Source: Paragordius varius
Lineage: Eukaryota > Animalia > Nematomorpha
DNA: 64,000 bases
Assembly (NCBI GenBank): GCA_964247055.1
Contig: OZ176050.1
Span: forward strand, 8,680,001 to 8,744,000
Direction of reading: 5' to 3'
Position numbers and translations under genes: made by a program. The notes under the pieces are model-generated. The model was not told where the DNA came from, searched no databases, and saw nothing but the letters and a program-made list of their open reading frames with translations. How positions within the stretch are numbered: the first letter of the stretch is position 1; every line of letters begins with the position of its first letter. Shown here one piece after another: positions 39,688 to 51,700 of this stretch.

Positions 39688-42600
39688 TCAAAAAGCATAT
39701 CTTTCCTTCGGGCCTGTTGTAATCTTATTTGCGTTTGTAGACGAGTAATTAAGATTATGGTTTTTAACATTATTAGTTGGGTTAAATAAACTATGTTGCG
39801 TGACAGGGGGAGGTGGAGCAAACCTAATTAAACCAACATCCGAAGTTATTTGAGGGGCATTCGTGGGTGAAAAATTGGTTATACTGATGTATTCCTCTTT
39901 TTCCAACGATTGGAAGTGTGGTTTGGCATTTTTAACATTGAGCGTAATGATGGAAGATGCTAACAGTTAAAAAAACAACGATATAATATATGGGTGTGAA
40001 AAAGCTTTTAAAAACTATTCAACCAATACAAATAATTAAAAATCTTATGATAATAAGATCATATTTAAAAAAGAGATGCTAAAATGTTGGGAGACACCAA
40101 AAAATATAAAAAGTGTTAATGACTACATAATGATGCTTAAGGCTCTTAAATAATTTTTGCAATAAACAAATCATTTAGATCATTTAGGGCGAAATAACTT
40201 AAAAACTAATATTCCAATGGTTTTTAATTTTATAAATAAGAAATATATATTACGTATGGTTGAATCGGCAATAATGATCATTATAAAGGTGTTGGTTGTA
40301 AACATTTCTATAAAGGCTGAAAAATTGGAATTTCGAATTTCCATGGAGTTAAAGCTTGTCCCAAATTTACTGAACATGAAATAATTTAAAAAATTTTTTT
40401 GTTTAAATATATATAAATTTAAAAATAAATGACATTATTCTTCATATTTAGTTATTATACATAAGCAAAAAAATTAAAATTATATGGTTGCAACAATAAT
40501 TTAGAAATTAATTTTAAGTATTTTTTTAAAAAAGTTATATCATATATGAGTCATTTATTTAAAAAAAGCTTCAACAATAAATAATCATGTTAATTAAAGA
40601 ACAATACCTGCAACTTAATTTAAATTGTTTTATAATGTTGGAAACTTTTTCAAACCGATTGGGATCATTGTGTTCCCTTCGTTGGCAATGTGAAATGGTC
40701 TATAATTAAATATGAAATACTGATATTTGAATCAGGTGTATGTATAAATGTTGGCCGTTATATCGCTAACCTTAAAGATTTTTCCCAAAAGCTTAAAATC
40801 ATGTCCAAATTTTAGATTTTTTTATTTTATTAAGTATCATATTAATAACTTTGTAAGCTTATTCTTTAGTTCTTCAACATCTATCCATAACTAAAATTTA
40901 TTAAATGAGATTACCATATATAATATTTCATGAAGATTTTTATGCATTTTGTGTAAGAATATTCAACCGAATATTCATTATGGCTTATTAGTTTGGCGGT
41001 ATGTAATAGTCTTGGTTGTAATTGGTTGAAAAATTGTCCCATTATAAGTTTTTATATATAATTAACAATTTAAAAGATCCTAAACTACAATCAAGCATTA
41101 TAAACTCCTGCAAAAACATACTGGCAGAAAAAATGTTGAATCGAAATAAAAGAAAATGTATAAAAACGATATTCGGTTATGTATATGCAACAAAATTTCG
41201 ATTAAGACATGTATAAATGAAATCGCAATCAAAAATAAAGAATATATATAATTTTAAAAACTATAAAATTTATATAAAACAGAAATAAAACTTGGTCTTA
41301 TAATAAATATAAATTTAATATTAATGAATATTATACCAAAAATGTGGCTCTTTCAAACATCAAAACCTCATCGGCCTCCAATATCTCAGCAAAACTTTGC
41401 AATGAATTTTCAATGTCAGTTACGTTGGGAATAAGATTATATATGATTGCAGACCATGCCTAAATAACATATTTGTACAAACTCTAATCATATATATATA
41501 TATATATATATAGTGTGCATCTTTGTGAAGAGCTATAAAAATATTTAAAAAATTCTGAATGTTATATTAGTTTTTTTGTCCGATCATGTGTTTCGCAAAA
41601 AAGATCGAATACAATTATTCACTCGAATTAAATCCTTATATTTTCGATTTTAACCTCAATTTAAAGCTTTCAGTTCTTTCTACCCATTGTTGGGAAAAAA
41701 TTCCGATCAATAAAAAGAAAAACATTATCGGCGTTTTTGTTTTTATTTATGAAAATAAAAAAATAGGGTGCATTCTTTTTTCGCAATCCCATAAAAATTT
41801 GGACTATTCAATGACTGTCTTACAAAATAAATTATTATTTAAAAGATTAAAAACCATACTTTCAAATTAAAGCTATAAAAAATTTAAAAACAAATAGTAA
41901 AATATCAACACTCCAAATTTGTATAAAATTTTATCCAAATGAGCCAATAATGTAATGGTTAATAATAGGGGATAATTAAGGGGAAATTAAATTAAAAATT
42001 ATAATTGAACCAACAAGACATACTTTATACAGGCTTTCATCCCAAATCGATGTACTAAAACATATAACTTCGAATGGTTTTGAGCGGATTACTAGCTCTT
42101 CACTTTTTTCCATAAATACCTAAATGGTTATAGTAAAAACGTTAAAGAATCTTGAGGCTAAAATATAATTGTATCAACATTGGAAGCATTAACATCAGCA
42201 ACAATTGAATTTATTTAAAGCATAAATTTAAATTTTAATATTAACAACATTAAAAATGGCCAATCAATTTGATATATACTTTTACACTTGAAAAATCTTT
42301 AAAAGTCCAATCACTCTAAAAAATCAAATTCACCCTAATTTTTAAAATTATTTACTTAAACATTCAAATTTTAAGAGTTCAAGTGTGCATTTGAAATATA
42401 AATGTGTAGCACTTATCAAATATAATTTGCGTTTATAAGATTTTCTATATTGTTATGTTATGAAGGCTTTAAAAAAACCAAATTGTTTTTAAATCAAAAT
42501 AAATATATGTATTTCTAAATAATCGATACTAAGCACAAAATTTTTACCTTCAATTTCCCTTGTTGGCCACCCTTGACCAAATCCATTTTGTGAATGAGAC

Positions 42601-43070
42601 AAAATACTTTGGCATTGGGTGAGTTATGGTGAATGGCCTCTAAACACGTTTGGTAATAATGGACATCTTTTTCTTTTTCCCGACTTTCCACATCAAACAC
42701 ATATATAAGCACCTCAACATCGCAAAAAATGCTGGACCTTTGACTAGCAAAATAACTTTCCATAAAAACTTCTTGTCTATTTATAATATATTACAAATAG
42801 TATAATAAATTGAAAATATATTTATCAAATGTAAAAAATTTACCCTCCACAATCCCACAAACTTAGGACTAGATTGCCGAGGAATCGGACATGGGAATGC
42901 TCGATATCAACTTGGATAATTTAAAAATTAATTTTACTGGTAGCACCAATTCTCATAGTATCCCTCGCAATATAATTCGCAAATATAATGGATCGCATAG
43001 AAGTTTTTCCTGCCCCACTCCTCCCCATCAACAAAACCTTTTTCTTCATAGCGCTGTTAAGGTCATGCAT
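39688..43070 (-). CDS. RRAGA: Rag GTPase of the RagA/B (Gtr1) class, about 375 aa, 8 exons
   Basis: Exons 43070-42938, 42910-42844, 42776-42548, 42119-42024, 41459-41337, 40699-40608, 40369-40254, 39959-39688 (1128 nt). Motifs: [97 protein letters not shown]. Confidence 0.96.
42911..42937 (-). other. 27-nt GT-AG micro-intron (RagA intron 1)
   Basis: GTAAAATTAATTTTTAAATTATCCAAG contains an in-frame TAA; removal gives [15 protein letters not shown]. Confidence 0.92.
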
Positions 43071-43100
43071 TCGTAATATGTTATGATTTCTTTTTCATAA

Positions 43101-46100
43101 ATGTCTGGTAGCGTTGGATTTATTTATGACAAGGATTACATTAAAAAAGAGCATACCGAAGATCACGAAACATTATCTCAAGCCAGTAATTCCCTTTCAT
43201 CATTTGACCCTGATGTAATCCATAATGCAGATTTTGAGTATTTTTTATCCACTAATAATAGCGTGGCCTCAAATGTGTGCAGTTTTTGCTTTTTAAGTGG
43301 CCAAAGTTGGCTTGGCCAAGGTTCATTAATTCAATATTCTCGTTCCTCATTTGATTTTGATGTCTTCAAGATTGATTTGAAATATGACGAAGAAAGTTTG
43401 GATAATTTAATTGCTAAACGATCCCTTGTTGATCCCAATATTGCCCAAAAGCCGTCCAATAATATTATTGTAGGGAAAAAGCAAAAGTAAATTGTGTTTT
43501 TTTTATAAAATAGATATGGGAAAGGCAGGAAAAAAAGCAATGTTTCACAAGATGCTTGTGGGATTGATGAATTGAAATCTGTCGGTTTTCCAATTTTTAC
43601 AGAAATTTATACCCTATTTGATTCCTCAGGTATAATCAATGTAATAATCTTTAGGGTCTACATGGGTACACGAATTTTGTTTGTTATGGGCCACTGAAAA
43701 AATATTTCACCCTATTGATCACAATCTAATGGTCGACAAATTGGTTATAACTTCGATGACAAGGGTATTATATTTTATTAACAGAATTTATTATAATCAA
43801 ATAAATACAATCTTATCTGTATGCTAAATATATTTGTTATTACCCTTTAAACTAGTTTTTTTACTACAGAGCGGTTTCATAAATTAATAAGTTATTAAAG
43901 TATCTATTCGATATTAAGAATATGCATTCCATGGCCCTTTAGGCGCATTAAATTTTTAATTGAATTTTCTTTTCAAATTTTTAGTCGCCAAATATTTTTT
44001 TAAATTTCTTCGTAAAATCGCTAAGGCAGGTATTTTATGGTTAAAAATTAAATTAATTTTTATATAAAGACTGAGAAAAAAATTACACTCCAATCCGTTT
44101 TTTTTTTCATATCAAAAAATGAAAATTTAAAGACTTAATTAACCAGATTATCAATTTCGCTTTTTTCATCGCCTATTGTCTCTTTAAACATTATTCAAAT
44201 TGAATTAATCTAAAAATGAAGAATTTTATGATCATAATATCGCTGTATAAAGCACCATAATTTTTAACAGTAATTTATTCATGTGGTTAAAAAAAGTTAA
44301 TAGAAAAATCTGCACATTTCAAAATGATTGTATCTGTATTGCGCTGTAGAAATGTTTTGTATGTGAAAATTATGGTGCAAATATTAAATGTGGAATCGGA
44401 CAGTGTACAAAATATATGCATTTTCCATGCGCCACAAGCCGATGTATTGTTGTTAACATCCCCCCTAATTCAATGGTTTTATGTGGAATCATGCATAACC
44501 TTCAATCTTTTGGTTGATCTTTACATATTTCTTTATTTATCAATTTACTTATTTTTGGGGATTAGAACTTAATTTTCTCTTTGGTTCTGAGTAATTTCAC
44601 ATAATGTTTAAAAATGGTTAGAACGAAATAGTTCTGGTTTCAAAGATTTTTTTGTTTAAAATTTTAGTTTCGCTTAAGTATGAATTCCATTTTTCATAGT
44701 TAAACATAAACATAACTTCGCTCAAAACAATGTAAAACAGCCAATAAATATAAAAATATATACTTACGAAGGATTTTAAAAAATTTATTAGATAAATAAA
44801 AACCCATCGCGGTTCTCCTATAAACGGTATTAAAAAATTTTATATTTCAAATTCCAATATCTGTTATTTTAAATAAATTTTACTACTTTTTTTCTTATTA
44901 TATTTTATTCAGAAGGAACCATCCCTGTCTGTAAGTACTGTCATGAATCATTGGCACAATGCGATATGATGGATATGTTGACTTGCATATCTTGTGGACT
45001 TTTTTGTCACATAGCATGTCATCGTATTAGCCACAAAAAGAATTATCAGGTCAAGGCTATGAGCGGTTTTACGGCTCAAATTGCCGAACCGCTAAAGGCT
45101 AATTTCCGTGCTGGATGGCAATGTCATGACTGTAAAATTTGTCAAATTTGTAGGTATGGCAACTATTATTTTTTACAACCAAATTGTTTTTGCCTTAAAT
45201 ACGGATAAAAATGGGGAATTTTGGCTTGTAAAGATTTTTAACTTGGTCGATAGGGGTGAGCTTGTAAAGATATCCAACAAAATTTGTTCCAAGTAAAAGA
45301 TATTATGATCATAATTTGGTTTTAACGATATGTTTTTAATTCAGGCGATGTTTAAGTTTGCTTTTTAGATGAGTGACAATAGTTCAAATATTCTTTCCAA
45401 TAATTCGCTAATAATATTTTGGGTATTATAGATAATGAATACGAATTTGTGAAATTTTATTTTATTTTACAGAATCAAAAGTGAACAAAATAAAATGGCT
45501 ATATGCGATGATTGTGATAAAACGGTACACACGGCATGTTTGAAACCACCCTTATTTAGTGTTCCTAAAGCTGGTTGGAAATGCAAGGTTATATTATATA
45601 TTTGTTTTAATTACATTGACTAATTTTGTTAAAATATAAGTCATATCTCTGTTTCCATACATCATTTGTGAGTCTACCCTATTTTAATTTTTTTCATTTA
45701 GCCCATTAATTAAAACTGGCTCCTATATTAATATTATTAGCCGAATCTAAAACAGTATTTGTTTTATGTATCTTTTAATATGCATTGGCAAAATATTTTT
45801 TAATGATATTTTTAATCGTTTAGACAAACGACTCAATGGTTTTTTCTTAAAGAAAAGTCAATGTTGACATTTTTTTATGGTAAAAATAATTTTGATATAT
45901 TCTTTGTTAAACACCTTTTTCGAACACAAACATTTGTATGATGCCAAACACCACAATATTTAAGCACGCATACATATTTTTTCATTCCCCCTTTTTCATT
46001 CAATAAACGGTTTTCTTCAATTCTACTTTTTTCTGTTAAAATAATAATTTGAATTCTCGTAAAATTTATTAAATTAAACTATATCCAAAATTTTTGATAC

Positions 46101-47210
46101 ATGGGAGTATCTTTTCAATGGATTAACTAAAACAAAAGAAAATAATAATATGATATAATTAAAACAAAATTTGAAAAAATATAATTATAAATTATGATAG
46201 AAATTTCATTGTCCATGTGTTATTGTTTTTTTCTTGGAGTGGTAAAATCCATTGAAAAAGATACTCCCATGTATCAAAAATTTTGGATATAGTTTATTTT
46301 AATTGATGTCAAATTATTCTTTTAACATAAAATATTCGTTCTACTACCTTTTTTGGGTTTACATACTTTATATATATTGTATGCCCGTGTATCCTTTTGT
46401 CATAGAATTGTCGCATTTGCATTGATTGTGGGAGTCGGACCCCTGGGGCTGGGGCTTCCAGTCGATGGCATACAAACTATACGCTATGTGATAGTTGTTA
46501 TCAACAGCGAAATAAAAGTCATAAATGCCTCGTTTGTAAACGCGTTGTGTCATTGGCCGCTATAAATGTTAATAGCAACAGCCATCATCACATGGATAAT
46601 ACTTTGAATGAGGGCCCTCTAAAACAACATGGCAATAGTAATAGTATGGGTAGTCAGATTGGTTGTCACAACGCATGGCAAATTATTCAATGCGTACAGT
46701 GTACAAAGTATGTTGTTGAAAATGATAATATTTTATAATGATTGACCTTTTCCTTAATTTTGTTTTTATTTTGCGTTTATGGGGGTTTTTTGGTTAATTT
46801 ATATTTTAGAATGATTGCGTTTTGTTATTAATTTAGGCGATTATTTGTGAGTTTTTTGGATTAAAAAGGCGTTTTCCTCATATATTTATATAAATTTATA
46901 TATTTATATATATGAGTGAAGTAGTTTTTATCCTAAATATTGCCAGATAACGATCACAGTAAAAAGAAATATTATTGGTGTGCAAAAAAAGCGAATATTA
47001 TATTGTTTTAAAAAAAGAATTTACCAATTTATAACCAATAATGCTCGTTACTTATGCTATCTAGCATATAAAAACTGGCACTATGTATTTGTCATCATAC
47101 TTTAATATAGGGACTTACAATCGCAAATATTTATTGATTAAATATACATATTTTAATAAGAAATTTTAAATTTATTTTTTTACTTGCATTATTACTTTAT
47201 AATTATATGA

Positions 47211-47265
<55 letters not shown>

Positions 47266-48731
47266 CACCATTTACATTTCAAATTCACCCTTGAACAATT
47301 CAAATTCACCCTAAAAATAAAATAATTGTTTTAAGAACTAATATAACTCATTATTAATATGAAATATATCTTTATGGCATCGTTTATTATTTTTTCAGCA
47401 TTATTATAATTTTAAACAAAATTTTATTTTGTAAAAATTTATTAAAATATAGGTAATTTTTAATTTTAAAAAACACATAATTTATTTGAGGGTAAATTGA
47501 ATTGTTCAAGGGTAAATTTAAATTGTTTAAGGGTAAATGTGTATTCTAAATGGTATATATATATATATATATAAATTCAATGACTTGCATATCTCTATGA
47601 ACCAATATATTTTTTCCATCATAGGTACGTTCATACAGCTTGTGATACATCGTTGCCTATTATTCCGCCTGTGGATGAGACTGAGCTCTCCACCTTAATT
47701 GCCGAATATAAATGTCCTTTATGTTTAGATCCATCATCGCTCCTCAATGCCTCATCACACGTGGCTTTGAGGGGTGAAAATGGGCTAACAATCGGTCACA
47801 CCGGACCTGGGAGACCGCCTGGTCCTAAAAAGGTTTAATTTATATTCGCTTTTTACAATAGAATTTTTTTATTACATGAAAAAAAATCATATTTTGTTAA
47901 TCTTGATTTTTTTAATCTATGCGAGAACGCTTTGCCGTAAAAAAGAGATTAATATATTAGCTTTTCTCTTATAAAAAAGGACTAAAAAAGACTTATTTTT
48001 TTACCCCAACCTTGATTTGTTTTTTGAATATAACCTATCGTTTTTTAATTGCTAAATAAGGAAAAGAGTAAAGTAGAAATTATTTTGGTGACATTTTATA
48101 TAGGTTTATAATTAATAATGAAAAAAGAACTCAATGGTAAAATGAGTTTCATTTACTAACATAAAATAAATTTTCCCACTCTACAGCGCTCTGAATTGGT
48201 TACTACACTTATTTTTAGTATTTTAAATATATACGTGCAAGCAAAGGTTTAAAATATATTATTTCTTTTAAAAAATATTTGTCCTTTTACTTTTTATGTT
48301 ATGTTTATCGTTTTAATTTTACTGTAATTTTTTCTGACGTAGTCAACAACGACACTCCACAATTCAAATATTGGGCCTATCCCACCCCTTAAACTGAAAC
48401 TTAAACATGTGGATAATAATCAATATGCCGTGGTTGTCACTACATTAAACAACACTCAAACTGCGCTATATAATAGCAACAATGTTAACAGTAAAAGCAT
48501 TATGACATCAGATTCCACTATTATTTCAACTCTTGATGGTGAAAGGTTGTAAATCAAATATATTTTTATTATTAAAAAAGATTATACTAAAATTCTGTAA
48601 AAAATTCTATACAAATTTTATTTTTTTCTAAATTGTAGTTGATAACATGGTAAATTTCATTTTTAAACCTTTATATAATATATATAGAATGGAAGACACA
48701 TTGTCAAACACCACGAATATCGACGATAAAG

Positions 48732-48798
<67 letters not shown>

Positions 48799-51700
48799 AT
48801 ATTTTATTCTTAATTTGGATTTTGTTTGTGAATATATTTACATAAATGGTTTTATGTACTTTTATTTTTATTGCAAAATATAAATATACCATTTACTTGA
48901 TTCATGTTATAAATAAAACATCTGAGCTAAATTCACTCATCAGTTGATTATAAAGTTTTTCAATATCTAAAAATACCAAAAGGACAGAAAATTTTTATGA
49001 CAAAAACGCATATAGAAGTCAATTATTAGTGACTTTTGGGTAAATATAATAAGTTTTAGGGTAAGTTAGAATGAAAATGTGAATATTAAAGTTTAAGGTA
49101 GATTTCAAAGTATTAATGTTATAATGTTAAATTTATTAAAGGGTGAAATAAAAATAAATAGTGAATGTGAATATAAGGGTGTATATCAAATGTTGGTGAA
49201 TTCAAAGTGCTAATATTATATTTAATAAATTAAGATTGTTGAAAGTGAATCCATGAGTGAGGAAATGGATCCACACACAAGTCCCATATGTTTCGATCCC
49301 CCTTCGATAGAAGATGATGACGAGGAACCATCTCATATTCCTATATTCATATCCACTAATGATTCCTACATGTATTACAAGGTAGGTATTTTTATCAATT
49401 ATCAATTCCAATAATTTTTGTTTCATTATAAAATGCGGTAAATCATTTTTTATTATAACATTAATAATTACCAAAATTATTTTATTTATAAAGTTAACAC
49501 ATTATGTTACCATCTAATATTGCTTATTTCTTTAAACAAGGTATATTTAAATATCAAGTTTATGAATAAATTAATTAAATTATATATATTGATTTTTGTG
49601 TTTTTAGGAAATATGTGCATCATGCGGTAGTATAGGTATTGGGAGCGATTCAACCCTAATATTTTGTTTTCAATGTGGACAGGGTTATCACCCATTTTGC
49701 GTATCTGTTGAGGTAGTTATATAAACCATTTACAATTCCCATTCACCCTTGAATAATTTAAATTCACCCTAAAAATAAATTTTGTGTTTTCGGGCTAATA
49801 TAACTCATCATTGATATGATATATATTCTTATGGCATAATTAATTATTTTAATTTTTAACAAAATTTCATTTTTTAAAAATAGAAAAAAAATACAGGTAA
49901 TTAACTTTAAAAACACATAATTTATTTTAGGGTGAATTTAAATTATTCCAGGGTGAATTTGAATTGTTCAGGGTAAATATGAATTTTAAATGGTATATTA
50001 TAAAAAAATGTGGTTTATTCGTTACTTATTTATAAAGTAACATAATATTCAGATGAAATACCCCCATACTTTTTTGGGTATTAGTTTTCATTTTGATTTC
50101 AAGTGATGACACATATAAGGTTTTTTTCAGTATGTAACCTCTATTTACAAAAAACTAAAAAATCTAACTTTTTTTTCCAAACTTTGGGAAATATATTTTT
50201 ATATCATCCTTAAGAAACTTGGCATAAAAAGAATAAAATAACACTTTGTATCGTATTTGGTTCATTAGAATGATTTAGCAAAACGGTTGCAAAATATCAT
50301 TATAAATTTGGGGGAAAAATGTTTGATAATCAACACAACAATAGTTTTTTATACTATTTGCACTTCAAGTTGGTCCTTGAACATTTCAAATTGGTCGTAA
50401 AATTTTATAAGTTTACATTTAATCATGATTTTTGCATTTATTTTATTATTTTAAAATTTCTTATTAAAAAACCATTGTTTTTGTTTCAAATTAATTTTTT
50501 CCAATTTAGCAAAATTATTAACTTTTAAATGTTTTTTATGTAAAATTATAATTAATAACTCATAAAAATTATTACGTTTTAAAATCGTATTAAAATTCAT
50601 ATATTTTTCAAGAACTTAAGAAAGATATACGGTTTCCGAATGATTAAAATTGATATTGATTTAATGTTTATGTTAACTAAAGAAAATATGCTAAAAATGA
50701 TAAAAAAAGATGAATGATACACGATTTCTTATTGATAAAAGTTAAAACAAAACAAAAAAGGTCAAACCAACTTGAAGTGTTCAAGGACACCTATAAAGTG
50801 CAAAATGGTAATTATATTTATTTATTCATTGTAGATGAATGATAAAATGCGTGTTCGTGGTTGGCGTTGCTTTAAATGCATAATTTGTGAATGTTGTGGC
50901 CGGGCAGATGATGAGTCTCGACTCATACTTTGTGATTCATGTGATTTGGCTTATCATATTTATTGCCTTAAACCATCTCTTTCCACCATACCTAAAGGAG
51001 CTTGGAATTGCTATAAGTTATTTTTTCTTTTTTTTAATTAGAATGAAATTCATTAATTAATTTATTCATTGGGATAGGGTTTGTTGTAGATGGAAGTTAT
51101 AAAGTAAAAATTAAAATTATAAAGAGAAAACGTGAAAACTAACATATATTTTTTTTAAAAAACAGTCTGATTCTTTTAAAGGTTTTTTCTTTATAACCCT
51201 TATGATTAATTGTAAAACTTTTGTCTTTCTTTTAGATTTTACGTTTTGTCTTTATTCAATTTTTATTATATGTTATTAGTGTTTTTATTTTCAAAATTTT
51301 TGCTTAAATTGTTTTGTTTTCAATTATGTACATTAAATTGCGGCTTAGTAATGTATTCTCTAATTTTTAATATTTTATATGTGTAGGTGTATAAGTTGCC
51401 GAATATGTTCATCCACAATGCCTGGCATAAATTGTGTTTGGCAAAAAGCGTCAAATTTAACTTTTACCAAAGACGAACAAGGTTATTTTGATATGATTAA
51501 AATAAAATTTTACACATATTTTTATGAGACTATTTTTCATTTATTATCAGGCAATTTTATAATGCATCCATTTTCATAGAAAAAGACGTTTCCAATAACA
51601 CTGCATTACAGAAAATTGAACCGTTGAATTCTGAAAACAGCAATACCAATACTCAGATGAGTGATTGGGTATGTGGGCCCTGTTTAAGTCGAGATATTTG

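Noticed and set aside
48647-48883. ORF with a YIYIYI run
   Set aside because: Translation of a (TA)n microsatellite; only 48688-48730 is a plausible KMT2 exon.
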